A stretch of 64,000 bases of DNA from Methanotrichaceae archaeon (GCA_963813075.1 CAWEXU010000017.1:86114-150113); one strand, 5' to 3'. Counted from the stretch's first letter, positions 32,319 to 44,622 are shown. The notes: generated from the letters alone by a model not told the origin. Made by a program: numbers and translations.

Positions 32319-33583
32319 TTCTTCAGGCAGGAGCGGAACGCCTCCAGGGTGGTCTCAATCACATCTTGGGTGTGGCTTGCAGAAATGAAGTCCGTCTCGT
32401 ACTGGCTGGGAGTGAGGAAGATGCCTGAATCCAGCATCCTGCGGAAGAGCTCGATGTAGCCCTGTTTGTCGCACCTCAGGGCCTGTGCATAATTGTGAGG
32501 CTCCGGGCCGAAGAATATCTTGAACATGGAGGCGATGCCGACCACACTGTAGTTCAGCCTCTGGTCTTCTACTATCTCCGCCAGGCGCGACCTCATCATC
32601 TCTCCCGTCCGGTTGAGTTTGCTGAGGGTATCCTCCTTTTCCATGACATCAAGCGTTGCCAGGCCGGCAGCCAGGGAGACAGGGCTGCCATTGAATGTCC
32701 CCGCCTGGTAGATCGGCCCTCCAGGGGCCACCCGGTCCATCAGGTCAGCCCGGCCTCCGAAGACCCCGATGGGAAAGCCTCCGCCGATGATCTTTCCCAG
32801 AGTGGTCAGATCGGGCTTGATGCCAAAGAGCTCCTGCGCCCCGCCCAGGGATAGCCGAAAACCGGTTATGACCTCGTCGAAGATCAGCAGCACATCGTTC
32901 TTTGCAGTCAGCCGGCGCACCTCCTCTAAGTAGCCCTTCTCCGGCAGGACAGGTCCTACATTTCCCAGGACCGGCTCCATGATCAGGCCGGCGATCTGGC
33001 CTGAGAAACTCTCCAGGATATCCTCCAGGGCGGCCGGGTCGTTGTAGGGCACCTGGAGGGTGTTTTTGGCGGCATCCTTTGGGACCCCACTGGAGTCGGG
33101 AATGCCCAGCGTTGTGGCTCCTGAGCCCGCTTTCACCAGGACGCTGTCATGAGCGCCGTGAAATCCTCCCTCGATCTTGATGATCATGTCTTTGCCGGTG
33201 CTCCCCCGGGCCACGCGAATGGCGGCCATGGTGGCTTCAGTCCCGCTGCTCACAAAGCGCAGCCGCTCCATGCTGGGGTAGTGGCCGGATATCCTCCGGG
33301 CCAGCCTGACCTCCAGCTCGCTTGGGGTGCCGTAAAGCCAGCCCCGATCCATCTGATCCGCCACTGCTCCTCTTATGGCCGGATGGCGGTGGCCCAGGAT
33401 CATGGGGCCGTAAGCCAGACAGTAATCGATGAACCTGTTGCCGTCGCAGTCCCATAGATAGGGGCCCTCCGCCCGGGCGGTGTAGAAGGGATGGGGAGAG
33501 ATTGCGCGCACGGGGCTGGAGACCCCGCCTGGCATCAGTCTTCTCGCCTGGTCAAAGAGCCGGATGGAAGAATCAAAACGCAT
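32315..33583 (-). CDS. hemL: Glutamate-1-semialdehyde 2,1-aminomutase
   Basis: [35 protein letters not shown]. Confidence 0.96.
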   Translation of the reverse strand: MRFDSSIRLFDQARRLMPGGVSSPVRAISPHPFYTARAEGPYLWDCDGNRFIDYCLAYGPMILGHRHPAIRGAVADQMDRGWLYGTPSELEVRLARRISGHYPSMERLRFVSSGTEATMAAIRVARGSTGKDMIIKIEGGFHGAHDSVLVKAGSGATTLGIPDSSGVPKDAAKNTLQVPYNDPAALEDILESFSGQIAGLIMEPVLGNVGPVLPEKGYLEEVRRLTAKNDVLLIFDEVITGFRLSLGGAQELFGIKPDLTTLGKIIGGGFPIGVFGGRADLMDRVAPGGPIYQAGTFNGSPVSLAAGLATLDVMEKEDTLSKLNRTGEMMRSRLAEIVEDQRLNYSVVGIASMFKIFFGPEPHNYAQALRCDKQGYIELFRRMLDSGIFLTPSQYETDFISASHTQDVIETTLEAFRSCLKN

Positions 33584-33859
33584 CACAGGAAGGTTCTCTG
33601 TGAGCAGATTAATCAATCTTACGATAAAGGCGGATCTTGCCATTACCTCCACACAGGCCAGGAGCCACCCACTGGGGGGAGATGAGCGCTCTTACTATTA
33701 TTATTTACAAAAAGTATATATAATAGTAATTACAACTAAGACTATATTAGTATACTAAAAGGGTTATGGGACTAAAGAGAGGTCGTATAAGAGGGCATGC
33801 GGGCAGCATAGTTATAAAAAACAACAGAGATTAAATAAAGAGCAAAGGGATGGCACGAA

Positions 33860-35068
33860 TCAGTGATCTGCTGCCCGCCAGCCCAATTCTTCTACTTTTT
33901 TGATAATCATGCGCAAGGGCATGCCTGCCTCTTTTGCAATCCTTTTGCAGTCCTCGTACTCCGCTTTGACATTTATGAGGCTGCCGTCCATCCGGCTGAT
34001 CTTCACCGCGGCGCTATAAGCCACTCCCTCAAGATTCAGGTTTACAGTCTTCTCCTCCCTCTCCGCCACAAAACGGTGCAGGCTGGGAAAGACCCGCACC
34101 CCCAGAGACCCCGTCTCCCTGACGATTATTCCTGCCAGCCGGGACATATCCTCATGACGGGTCAATGCCCGGATGACGTTTCCGCTCCTCCCTTTCTTCA
34201 TCACCGCGGGGATGACGGAGACGTCCAGCGCTCCTTCATGCATTAGAAGTTCAATCAGATGGCCCAGCACCTCGCCGGTGACATCATCCACATTGGTCTC
34301 CAGCTGCACTACCCTCTCCCCATGATGATCCGAATCCCTTTCATCCGCCTTTGAGGGGGAGATGATCTTCGCCTTAATCCCTCGCAGCAGGTTGGGAACG
34401 GCCAGATCCCGACTGCCTGCGCCATATCCCACTCTCTGTGCCTGGATGAGGGGGAAGCGAGGGACGAACTCGTCCACCAGTGCCGCCAGCAGGGCCGCCC
34501 CGGTGGGGGTGAGAAGCTCATGGTCCACCGGCCCCCCCATCCAGGGAATATCATGAGCCCGCAGGATCTCCAGGGCTGCTGGCCCGGGAACGGGAAGGAG
34601 CCCATGAGCAGTTTCGACATATCCTCCTCCTACGGAGACGGGCCGGGATAAGATTCGATCCGCATTCAGGCTGACCGAGGCCTCACAGGATCCGGCTATA
34701 TCCGCGAGGGCATCCAGGGCACCGACCTCATGAAAATGGGCCTGGCTCTTGGGCACATCATGAACCCGGCTCTCCGCCTCCGCCAGAATATCCAGGGCGG
34801 CAAGGGCTCTTTTCAGTGCCTCGCCCTCAAGGCTTGAGCCCTGCAGGATGGATACCGCCTCCTCCAGGGAATGATACCTCCGGTCTGAGATCACCCGCGC
34901 CCTGGTGGCAGAGATATGCCCCTTCTCCTGCCGGAAGATCTCCAGGCCGCATCCCACTGACTCCACAGCCTTTCTGACCCGGTTTTCATCTGCTCCCAGG
35001 TCTAAGAGTGCGGCCAATATCATGTCTCCGGCTGCGCCGGCGCTGGGGTCGAAGAGAAGGGCGAACAT
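33860..35068 (-). CDS. larC: Nickel-pincer cofactor biosynthesis protein LarC
   Basis: GAAGDMIL, HFHEVGALD, ELLTPTG, ETNVDD, MKKGR. Confidence 0.92.
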   Translation of the reverse strand: MFALLFDPSAGAAGDMILAALLDLGADENRVRKAVESVGCGLEIFRQEKGHISATRARVISDRRYHSLEEAVSILQGSSLEGEALKRALAALDILAEAESRVHDVPKSQAHFHEVGALDALADIAGSCEASVSLNADRILSRPVSVGGGYVETAHGLLPVPGPAALEILRAHDIPWMGGPVDHELLTPTGAALLAALVDEFVPRFPLIQAQRVGYGAGSRDLAVPNLLRGIKAKIISPSKADERDSDHHGERVVQLETNVDDVTGEVLGHLIELLMHEGALDVSVIPAVMKKGRSGNVIRALTRHEDMSRLAGIIVRETGSLGVRVFPSLHRFVAEREEKTVNLNLEGVAYSAAVKISRMDGSLINVKAEYEDCKRIAKEAGMPLRMIIKKVEELGWRAADH

Positions 35069-35239
35069 ATTTGAGCAATCGCTCTGCCGATATATACAAA
35101 TTGGCAATTCCGCCAATGAAAAAAATGAAAACATTTATATCCTGGGACTGCGTCTGTGGCGAGCTTCAGATAGGTCAATTTGGGCTTCCTGGTCTCTTTT
35201 TCACCAATCAGAAAACCCGGAGCCTGAGGAGGATGCGGC

Positions 35240-36796
35240 ATGAAAGCGAGAATAGTCCTGGACATTATCGGCACTGTTCTGAATATCCTGGGCCTGCTAT
35301 TACTTCTTCCAGGGATGGTTGCAGCATTCTATCATGAGACAGATGGAGTTGTGGCTTTTGCTCTGACCTCCATGATCTCGATGTCGGCCGGCATAGTCCT
35401 GAAGCGACTGGGCGAGAAAGGGACAGTTGGCAATAAAGAGGCGTTCGCCGCCGTTACGTTTAGCTGGTTATTTGCCACGGTTTTTGGATCGCTTCCCTTC
35501 GTATTCCAGGGCCTGAGCCCAGTTGATGCTCTATTTGAATCAGTATCGGGCTTTTCCGCCACCGGGGCAACGATACTATCAGAATACAATTCCCTGGGCT
35601 ACTACATAGTTAATTCTACCCTGGCCGACAACAGCATGGCAATGCATCTGGCCGGCTTTTTGGCCAGGCTGACGGGAACCAGTGAGATTCTCCCGATAGT
35701 CGATCATACCTATTACGGCCTTCTCTTCTGGAGGTCATTCCAGCAGCTCATAGGCGGACTGGGAATAATTCTGTTGGTAGTCGCCGTGTTTCCGCAGCTG
35801 CGAGTCGCAGGTCTTCAGCTTTACCGGGCGGAAACCGTCGGGCCGACCAAGGACACAATCACACCTCGAGCGGTTCAAACTGCCAGAATACTTTGGAAAG
35901 TATATTTGCTCTTGAATGCAATAGAGATACTCTTGCTTTCGGCAGCGGGAATGCCCCTATATGATGCAGTGTGCACGGCATTCTCCACTCTGGCTACCGG
36001 CGGCTTTTCTCCTCAAGCTTCAAGCCTCGTCGCTTATAATAGTCCTCTAATAGAGGGAATAGTTGCTATTTTCATAATCCTGGGCATGTCCAGACTGACA
36101 CTGCACTACACGGTTCTGACCTCAGATCGCGGGGCTTGGTTTAAGGATGAAGAGGTCCGATTCATGATCTTGATCCTGGCGGTGACTGTTCTGATCCTCA
36201 TGTTCTTCGGCGGAATAGATGGCCCGCTGCAGGATCGCTTCCGGTTTGCATCCTTTCAGGCAGTCTCCTTCATGGGAACATGCGGCTTCGTAAACTCCAC
36301 AGATTATGATAAATGGTCAACGGCTGCCAAAGCGGCTTTGATCATATTAATGCTTATAGGAGGCTGCATCGGCTCGACCGCCGGAGGTATAAAGGTGGGA
36401 AGGCTGCTTGTGGATCTGAAACACGCCTACAATGAGCTCTTCCGCATGCTCCATCCCCATGCAGTCATCTCGGTAAAGCTAGGAGAGGTCAGTGTGAAAG
36501 AGGATATCCTTCAAACCATGCTCTTTTACTCTTTCTTCTACCTGGCAGTATGGTTAGCACTCACCCTGGCTCTGGCCATGGTCTCCGCAGGCGATCCGCG
36601 GGTAGATCTGCAAGTAGCAGCCTCAGGCATAGCATCTTGCATGGGTGGCGTGGGCCCGGGGTTCGGCATAATAACCTTCGACTGGTCCCAGATATCGGAA
36701 GCCGGAAAGATGATCGGCTTTTTCGCCATGTTCATCGGTCGGCTGGAGCTTATGCCAATATTCTTATTGCTTATTCCAGAATTATGGAGGGAATGA
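35240..36796 (+). CDS. trkH: TrkH-family potassium uptake membrane protein
   Basis: FESVSGFSATG, ATGGF, GSTAGGIK, GRLE; many TM segments. Confidence 0.92.
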   Translation: MKARIVLDIIGTVLNILGLLLLLPGMVAAFYHETDGVVAFALTSMISMSAGIVLKRLGEKGTVGNKEAFAAVTFSWLFATVFGSLPFVFQGLSPVDALFESVSGFSATGATILSEYNSLGYYIVNSTLADNSMAMHLAGFLARLTGTSEILPIVDHTYYGLLFWRSFQQLIGGLGIILLVVAVFPQLRVAGLQLYRAETVGPTKDTITPRAVQTARILWKVYLLLNAIEILLLSAAGMPLYDAVCTAFSTLATGGFSPQASSLVAYNSPLIEGIVAIFIILGMSRLTLHYTVLTSDRGAWFKDEEVRFMILILAVTVLILMFFGGIDGPLQDRFRFASFQAVSFMGTCGFVNSTDYDKWSTAAKAALIILMLIGGCIGSTAGGIKVGRLLVDLKHAYNELFRMLHPHAVISVKLGEVSVKEDILQTMLFYSFFYLAVWLALTLALAMVSAGDPRVDLQVAASGIASCMGGVGPGFGIITFDWSQISEAGKMIGFFAMFIGRLELMPIFLLLIPELWRE

Positions 36797-36797
36797 T

Positions 36798-38111
36798 ATG
36801 CGTATACTAATCACAGGTGCTGGCGAGGTGGGCTTTCTCATAGCCAGCGAGCTGCATGCCGACCATGATGTGACGGTCATAGACAAAGATCCCGATTCTT
36901 GTGCCCGGCTTCAGGACATGGATGTGAAGGTCCTGCAGGGGAATGCCGCCAACGCCCGGCTTCTCCAGGAGGCGGATATCACAAAGACGGATATCGTTGT
37001 GGCAGTGACCGGAAACGATGAGGTGAATGTGATAACCTGCATCATAGCCTCTCACCTGGGGGTGAGGCAGACCATCGCCAGGGTGAGCAATCCCGAGTAC
37101 ATCGATCAGCCAGTGCAGGATCGAAAGGAGATCGGCATATCCTATATGATCTGCCCGGAATTGACCATGGCTGAGGATATGGCAAGCTCATTATATTTTT
37201 CTTCCATGCTCATGAACCGGGACCTGGCCAATGGACTGGTCGAGCTGGTGGAGTTCAAGGTAACACCTGAGATGAACATCCAGGGGCCGGTGGAGAACAT
37301 AGTCCTTCCCAATAACTGCAACTTGATCGCCATAAACCGATCCGGCGAGATAACCTTACCGAAAAAGGGGGACATGATCAGATCAGATGACCACCTGATG
37401 CTGCTGTGCGACTCGAGGTCCCTTCCCGCCCTGGCCAGGTTGCTGCATGAGTCCAAGACCACTCATAAGGTGATGATTGTGGGCGGGGGGATGGTGGGCT
37501 TCTATCTGGCCAGCAGGCTGGAGAAGATGGGCATGGACGTCAAGCTCATTGAAAAGGATGCTGAACGCTGCGCAGAGATCGCAGATAAGCTCACGGGGAC
37601 AATGATACTGAACGGCGATGGCTCAGACTTATCCCTTCTTCAAGAGGAGGGAGCGGGGACGATGGATGTGGTCTATGCCGTAACTGGTCATGATGACAAG
37701 AACCTCTTATGCTCCCTCCTGGTAAAGCAGCTGGGGGCCAGGAAGATCCTCTCCCGGGTGAACAGGAACGTCTATATCAAGCTCTTCGAGATGGTGGGGG
37801 TGGACAGAGCGGTCAGCCCGGGGCAGGTTACTGCCGATGCCGTCCTCCAGAGGGTGATCGGCGGAGAAGAGGTGATCACCTTGAGCGATGAGAGGATGGA
37901 GCTGGTGGATTTCATCGCCAAGCCGGGAGCGAAAATCGTGGGCAAGTCGATATCCAAAGAGCTTCCCAAGAACTCTCTCGCCGGCATGGTCTTAAGAGAC
38001 GGCATGCCGATTGTCCCATATGAGGACTTCAAGGTGTCAGCCGGCGACCGGGTATTTGTGATGTCCATGCCCGATGCGGTCTCCAAGGTGAAAAAGCTCT
38101 TCGTGGTCTAA
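36798..38111 (+). CDS. trkA: Trk system NAD-binding subunit TrkA
   Basis: Two RCK-N/RCK-C pairs (GAGEVG, GGGMVG). Confidence 0.93.
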   Translation: MRILITGAGEVGFLIASELHADHDVTVIDKDPDSCARLQDMDVKVLQGNAANARLLQEADITKTDIVVAVTGNDEVNVITCIIASHLGVRQTIARVSNPEYIDQPVQDRKEIGISYMICPELTMAEDMASSLYFSSMLMNRDLANGLVELVEFKVTPEMNIQGPVENIVLPNNCNLIAINRSGEITLPKKGDMIRSDDHLMLLCDSRSLPALARLLHESKTTHKVMIVGGGMVGFYLASRLEKMGMDVKLIEKDAERCAEIADKLTGTMILNGDGSDLSLLQEEGAGTMDVVYAVTGHDDKNLLCSLLVKQLGARKILSRVNRNVYIKLFEMVGVDRAVSPGQVTADAVLQRVIGGEEVITLSDERMELVDFIAKPGAKIVGKSISKELPKNSLAGMVLRDGMPIVPYEDFKVSAGDRVFVMSMPDAVSKVKKLFVV

Positions 38112-38194
38112 TGAGCAGATCATTTTTATAGGAACAGCCGATAAGTGCCAGTTTCAGGAGGATGCCCTCCGCCATTTTGGTGCGGCATTGTTTG

Positions 38195-39764
38195 ATGAAA
38201 TTCAGGGTGTTTCTGCGGCTGCTTGCATCTCTGCTGAAGATACTGGCAGTCTTGCTCCTCGTTCCCGGTGCAGTAGCCGCCATCTATGCCGAGACGGGAG
38301 GGGTGATCGCCTTTGCTGCCACGTCCCTCTTCAGCCTGGCCACGGGAATAGCCTGGGAAAGCTGTCCTCAGAGGAAGAGCCGGGCTTGAAAGAGGCTTTT
38401 GCTCTGGTGGCACTGGGCTGGATAGGCGTCGCCTTCTTCGGAGCGCTTCCCTATTTCTTCCTGGGAATGAGCATGATCGATGGCCTCTTCGAGTCCATGT
38501 CCGCCTTGACCACCACCGGATCGTCCATTTTCACCGAGACTAATCAACTTGGCTACTGGACGATAAACCAGACCCTGGCCAACAATAGCCTGGTGGCGGA
38601 AATGCAGCACGAGCTGGTAAGGCTGACCGGCGACGCCCCCCTTCTCCGGATAAGAGGCCGCCCTGATGATACGATCATGGGACTGCTCTTCTGGAGGTCC
38701 TTTGCCCAGTGGTTGGGCGGGATGGGGATAATACTGCTGTTCGTGGCCATACTGCCCCGTCTGGGAGTGGCGGGACGGCAGCTTTATCGGGCAGAGGTTC
38801 CCGGCCCGGAGAAGGAATCCAGTTACTCCCAGGATCAAGCAGACCGCCAGGATGCTCTGGATGGTCTATATCCTCCTGACCTTCATGGAGATCGCCCTCC
38901 TCATCCTGGCCGGAATGCCCCTCTTCGACTCATTCTGCCATGCCTTCTCCTCCCTGGCCACAGGAGGCTTCTCGCCCCAGGGATTGAGCATTATGGCCTA
39001 TAATAGCTGGATCATCGATGCCATCATCACCTTATTCTGTTTCCTGGCCGGGGCCAACTTCGTCCTGCACTATAGAATGCTCGCCTCCGACCGGAAGGCT
39101 CTGATCAGTGACACAGAGTTCAAGCTGTACGCTTTGATCATCCTGGCAGCGACATTGGTCATCATCCTCTGGGGAGGACTGGAGGGGGACATCTTCCAGA
39201 AGATTCAGCTGGCGGGATTCCAGGTGGTCTCGATATTGACCACCACCGGCTTTGCCACCGCCGATTTCGATCAATGGACGGCAACTGCCAAGATCACTCT
39301 TCTCCTCCTCATGATCATAGGAGGCTGTGCCGGCTCCACCGCAGGAGCAATCAAGGTCGTTCGATTGATACTGATCTTTAAGAGCGCATACCGAGAGCTG
39401 ATTCGCACTCTTCATCCCAAAGCGGTCCTGAGCGTCCGGCTGGGAGAGATTGCCGTAAAAGAGGAGATTCTAAGGGCGAGCAACATCTTCGTCTCCATGT
39501 ACATCATCATCTTTGCCACAGCCTCCCTGCTCCTGGCCATCATCTGCTCTGGCGATCCGGGGATGGATATCCAGAGCGTCCTATCCGCAGTGGCGACAAC
39601 CCTGGGGAACGTGGGACCGGGATTTGGAGCAGTGGGGCCGATGTATAGCTTTGCTGATATCCATCCCGCCGGAAAGATGCTTCTCTTCTTATGCATGTGG
39701 ATCGGCCGGCTGGAAGTGGTGACCGCTTTAGTCCTATCTGGTGCCGGAGTTCTGGAAAAAGTGA
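38195..39764 (+). CDS. trkH: Second TrkH paralogue (about three indels)
   Basis: Pieces give FESMSALTTTG, ATGGFS, TTTGF, GNVGPG, GRLE and end PEFWKK-stop. Confidence 0.88.
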
Positions 39765-39809
39765 TTTGGATTGAGGTGATATTCAATCTAATCTTCATTA
39801 TCCTTTGCC

Positions 39810-39874
39810 TCAATCCTGTTCCATCAATCCTGTTCCATCAATCCTGTTCCATCAATCCTGTTCCATCAATCCTG
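39810..39874. repeat. 14-bp tandem repeat, 4.6 copies
   Basis: (TCAATCCTGTTCCA)4 TCAATCCTG; the last unit contains the stop codon of the debranching enzyme gene. Confidence 0.9.
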
Positions 39875-41731
39875 CAGCTCTTTGTAAGCCCTGAGGACCT
39901 CCCCCACTGACCAGGCCTGGGAGATGCATCCACCAGGATTTTGGGGCAGGTCGCCGTCGAAGACCTCGGGAATGGTCCCCATGCTGGCCGCCAGATCCAG
40001 GAGCGGCCTTAAAGCCTCCAATCCGCTCTCCAGGGTTTCCGGCAGACCGGCCGTTCACCGCCAGCAGAGCATCGATATAGGGTCCGATGAGCCAGGGCCA
40101 GACCGTCCCCTGATGATAGCTGCCGTCCCTTTCCCTGGCCCCTCCGGCATATCGGCCGGCATAACGGGGATCGCGGGGGGAGAGGGTCCTCAGGCCGAAG
40201 GGGGTGAGAAGCTCTCGAGCCACCACTTCCAGGATGCTCCTTCTCATCACATCCGGCAGGAGGTCTGGAACTATTGCCGCGAATATTTGATTGGGGCGGA
40301 TGGAGGCGTCCTCATGGTCTATCACATCAAAGAGGCAGCCATTCTCGCTGTTCCAGAATCGGAGGTAGCTTTTCTGGACCCTATCCTCAAGCTCTGGAAT
40401 CTTTGGGTCCAGGGGCATATTCAGGGCCCGGGCCAGGCTCTCCACCCTTTTCAGGGCAACGTACCAGAGGGCATTTATCTCGCAGCACTTCCCCATCCTG
40501 GGAGTGACCGGCCGGTCCTCCACTCTGGCGTCCATCCAGGTCAGAGCCGGCCCGGAGATGATCAGCCCATCCTCATCTGCGCCGAAGTCCTCCCATGATG
40601 TCGAGTATCTATCCACCACTTCCAAGAGCCTCGGCCAGAGCTCGGCCATAAACTCCCGGTCTCCTGAGGCATCGTAGTATCTTCCCGCGGCCTGAACGAA
40701 CCACAAAGAGGCGTCTACGGTGTTGTAGGACCGCGCTCCGAGGTCGTTAGGCAGAACCCCATCCTTCATCGCCCGGGCAAAGGACCTCAGGACGAGCCTT
40801 GCCTCTTCCAGGCGGCCGGTGGAGAGGAGCAGGCCCGGCAGGGCGATCATGGCGTCCCGGCCCCAGTCATCAAACCAGTGGTAGCCGGCGATGAGGCTTA
40901 AAGAGCTGCCTCTCTTGACCAGGAAGCTGTCTGCTGCCAGAGCCAAACCTCGAACCGGCGCATATAGCGAATTCAGCCGATCCCTCTCAATTTCCACCTC
41001 TCGCCTCCACTGGGGCAATGAGCGCCGCCAGGTGGAGGCGATGATGGCAAACTCCGCCTCCCCGGATACATCCAGCTCAAAGTAGCCGGGAGAGAAGAGG
41101 TTCTCCTTCCAGCCCAGGCCCCGGCGGCGCTCTTCCTCGTACTCGAAGTTGTAGTAGACCCTCTCCTGGGGAATATATCGGGCCAGGTCGGAGAAGATGG
41201 AGAAACGGGTTTGAGAGAGGATTGTCGGTTCCATTGCCCCAGGCATTCTGGTGCATGGGAGGAAGGTCGGAGGCGGCATGAAAGCTGCGGTCGTGGACCA
41301 GGGGGATGATGCGCAGCAATCCCTGGTAGCCCCGGACCTTGTAGCTGATGATGGTGCTGTTCTCATTGCGGACCGGTGAGATGGTCTTCTCCAGGGTTGT
41401 TCTGCCCATCTGATAGCAGAGCCGGGGGAAGGGATCGGTCCAAAACTCCGTCAGGTGAGTGAAACCCTGGGGATAGACTGCTCCCGGATACTGGTGATTG
41501 GCCAAACGGAATTCGCCCAGCTCCTCGTCCAGGCTTGATAGCAGCAGCCTGCGTTTCGGCTGGCGGCTCGGTGGCTGCCACCAGGAGGCCGTGATAGGCT
41601 CTGGTGTTGCTGCAGTTTGCGGTCGATGAGGCATAGCTGCCCAGGCCGTTGGCCACCAGCCACTCCCGGGATGTTCCAAGGGAATAGTCAGCCGGGCGGA
41701 AGGGTTGGCTTATCGTTTTGGTCATTAGCAT
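39866..41731 (-). CDS. Glycogen debranching enzyme (amylo-alpha-1,6-glucosidase), frameshifted
   Basis: [49 protein letters not shown]. Confidence 0.9.
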
Positions 41732-43206
41732 CACCCCCTCTGGCCAGCGAGGAGGCCACAGCTTTAAGGAGGCTCTTTCTCAGCCTCTCCCCTTTATAGC
41801 TCTGCATCCCGGCCAGTTCCTCTGCCAGGGCCCTGTCGCCCAGGCTCGTCTCCGCCCAGAGGGCGTAGTCGCCCTTGCGGTTGTGGTACTCCAAAGAGGG
41901 CAGGGGTATTTTGCCCAGGATGGCCTCCAGGCCCATCAGGGTCCAGGCAGCGTCGCCTGTGAACTCGTCTATGCCGGTGGCGAACCGGAATGGGGAATCG
42001 GCCAGATGGGTCTTTCTGGCCAGCCGGCCATGAAAGTCGCATAGAACGGAAAAGTAGGTTACTGCGGCATCATAAGCGGTGCCGTAAGGGCTGAAGTAGC
42101 TGTGCACCTCTCCCGGTCCGCCCCCATGGGTGAATATGTAGTAGAGGTGGTCGGATAGGCCCAGGGTCCTCCAGATCGCCAGGAGATCGGGGTCGCGGCT
42201 CTCTTTTGCCGGGGCCTCCAGCCTCTTCTGGTATATGAAGCAGGCGTGCTGGAGGGCATTTCCCAGCCAGCAGCTGGTATCCCTCTCCAGGTCCGCCCAG
42301 GAGACGTAACTTCTCTACCGAGAGCTCTCTTTCCGCGGGGATGGAGCTGGCAATCTCGCCGGGGGTGGCGAACCGCAGGTTCTGGTAGCGGAGGATCTGA
42401 TCGGGAAGAGCGCGGAGGAACTCGAAGATCCCGGTGTCAGTCCACTGGTGCTCGCCGAAGGTCTCATAGTCGCAGAAGATGTTTATGCACTTGCCCGGAG
42501 CATTTGCCAGCCAGGAGGCGTACTTGTCTGCGGTGAGGGGGTACTGTTCCCAGTTATGCGAGGAGAAGCGAAAGCCGATGTCGTCGGTGAGCTGGTAGTT
42601 TCGCAGGAGAAGAGAGATGCTGGTATTTGGCGGGCGGTAGACGAAGTTCGGGTCTGCAACCACTCCCTCGGTGAATATGGCTTTATAGCCCATCCTGTCT
42701 GCGATTTGCCCGATCTGGTCGTTGTAGATCAGCTCGGTGTTCTCAAAGGTTGTGGGGCGGAGGGCGAAGATATCCCAGATCAGCTCCCGGTGCATTTTGA
42801 TCTGTTCGATGTACTCCTGGGGTTCATCGTACAGGCTGGAGAGGCTGTGGTAGTAGGTCTGCTCCATGACCTCCACCTGGCCCGTCTGGACCAGGTCGAC
42901 GAAGGAGTCCAGCACATCCGGCCGGTATCTTTTGCATTCCTCCAGGAAGATTCCGGAAAAGCTGTAGGCCACTTTGAAGGGCCTGTCCGATCCCTCATAC
43001 TTTTTTATCCCCTCCAGGATGGCCCGGTTGGCAGGCAGATAGCATTTGTCTGATACCCGTTCGAAGATCCTGCGGTTTTCGGATTCATCGAAATAATATT
43101 TCCATAAATCAGGCACCACCTGCCGGTTCAGGTATCCGTCCCAGAAGAAGTTCTTCTTCAAACGGATTGGCTGGTGGACCTCAAAAGAGAGGGAGACGAG
43201 AGTCAT
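41688..43206 (-). CDS. GH57 glycoside hydrolase (alpha-amylase-like) with DUF5752-like C-terminal domain; frameshift near 42310
   Basis: FEVHQP, TYYHSL, ENTELIY, DYETFGEH; C-terminal PFRF...SLEYH...GDYALW. Confidence 0.88.
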
Positions 43207-43364
43207 ACTATCTCATCGGGCTGCAAATTATTTACATCCTTCGCATTAAATCCGCTCAGGGCAGGGCTGAAGTGTGCTGATTTATCGAGGTTTGCTGATT
43301 TATAGAGGTTTGAGCAGCTCCGAGGGAATCTATTAAATCTTTGAGGTGAGAACGGGATAATTAC

Positions 43365-44213
43365 ATGAAGGCTCAGAATGCAGAGAGGTACTATCTCGAC
43401 CTGGTATTTCCAGTATTTTTAATAATGTTGGCTGAGGTTCTGATATTCTACGGCAACTCCGAGGCAGCGATGCCCATTCATGCACTGAATCTGATCTTTC
43501 TCAGCCTATCATCGATATTCGTCAGCAACCGGACCTACCCCGCCCTGATGCTCCTGCCCCTCTTCAGGCTCCTCAATGTCGCGATGCCGGTCTTCTTCAA
43601 CCTGACCCTATACTCCTATGCGCTGGTCTATGCGCCCATGTTCATTCCCATCTATCTGATCTTGAAGGAGAAGTTCATAACCAGAGAGGAGGCGGGATTG
43701 ACCTTTGAACGGTTCTGGTTTTTCCTGCCGGTCGCTGTATCCATGGGCCTGGCCCTGGGTTGGGGGGAGTATCTGGTGCTCAGGCCTCAAATGCTGACCG
43801 TGGACAACGATCTCCAGCACATTATCATTCTGGTCCTGACCATGATCTTCTTTGTGGGGGTGGTGGAGGAGTTCGTCTTCAGGTCGTCTTTGCAGACGGT
43901 GCTGCAGGAGAGGATCGGCCTGACGGCAGGGCTGGTGCTGACGAGCATAATATTCGGATTCATGCATAGCGGCTACCACCTGCCCCTGGAGCTGCTCTAC
44001 GTCACACTGGCAGGCATGGCTTTTGGGCTGCTCTTCTGGTTCTCAAAGAGCCTGCCGGTAATTGCCCTGGCCCACGGGGTCACCAATATATCCCTGTTTC
44101 TGGTCGCCCCCCTTAACCAGGAGATGCTGCCCTATTTGATCATAGGCCCTCTATTCCTGTTCCTCTTTTATGCTTATGCCTTAAAGAGGATAAGAATGCA
44201 TATAAGCATTTGA
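43365..44213 (+). CDS. CPBP (CAAX protease / Abi) family intramembrane metalloprotease
   Basis: EEFVFR, FGFMH and HGVTN motifs; multi-TM. Confidence 0.92.
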   Translation: MKAQNAERYYLDLVFPVFLIMLAEVLIFYGNSEAAMPIHALNLIFLSLSSIFVSNRTYPALMLLPLFRLLNVAMPVFFNLTLYSYALVYAPMFIPIYLILKEKFITREEAGLTFERFWFFLPVAVSMGLALGWGEYLVLRPQMLTVDNDLQHIIILVLTMIFFVGVVEEFVFRSSLQTVLQERIGLTAGLVLTSIIFGFMHSGYHLPLELLYVTLAGMAFGLLFWFSKSLPVIALAHGVTNISLFLVAPLNQEMLPYLIIGPLFLFLFYAYALKRIRMHISI

Positions 44214-44307
44214 ATTGGTACTCGAATAGGTATTTGAAAAAACATTTGAATGGACAGTGGAAATTCGAATTAAAAGAAGTTGTTAAATGTGCAGCAGCCG
44301 AGTTTTT

Positions 44308-44622
44308 CTAGCTGCCTATGACCTCGATGACCTTATAGCTTACAATTAAGAAGAATGTTATGACCATGGGAGCAATGGCGATGTTCAGCACAGTGGACAG
44401 GCGCTTATGCCAGTGAGATGAGGCGGATAGTATCTCTGAGGCGCTCAGGAGAGCAATGAGGCATATGACGCTCACAACGCTTACGTCTGCGACCCCCACG
44501 GTGGCGAAGGTGCTGACCACTGAGGTGGTGCTCAGGGTGCTGGTAGTGCTCAATGTGCTCGTAGCGCTGGCTGCAGTGGCGCTCATGGTGCTGCTTACCG
44601 TACTCAACATTGATGAAAGCAT
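44308..44622 (-). CDS. Small membrane protein with Ser/Thr-rich N-terminus and two C-terminal hydrophobic helices
   Basis: First ~40 aa dominated by S/T (STLSTTSTLSTTS), then two hydrophobic segments. Confidence 0.75.
   Translation of the reverse strand: MLSSMLSTVSSTMSATAASATSTLSTTSTLSTTSVVSTFATVGVADVSVVSVICLIALLSASEILSASSHWHKRLSTVLNIAIAPMVITFFLIVSYKVIEVIGS

Noticed and set aside
39810..39874. CRISPR array
   Set aside because: 14-bp units are directly adjacent with no unique spacers, and there are no cas genes in the window.
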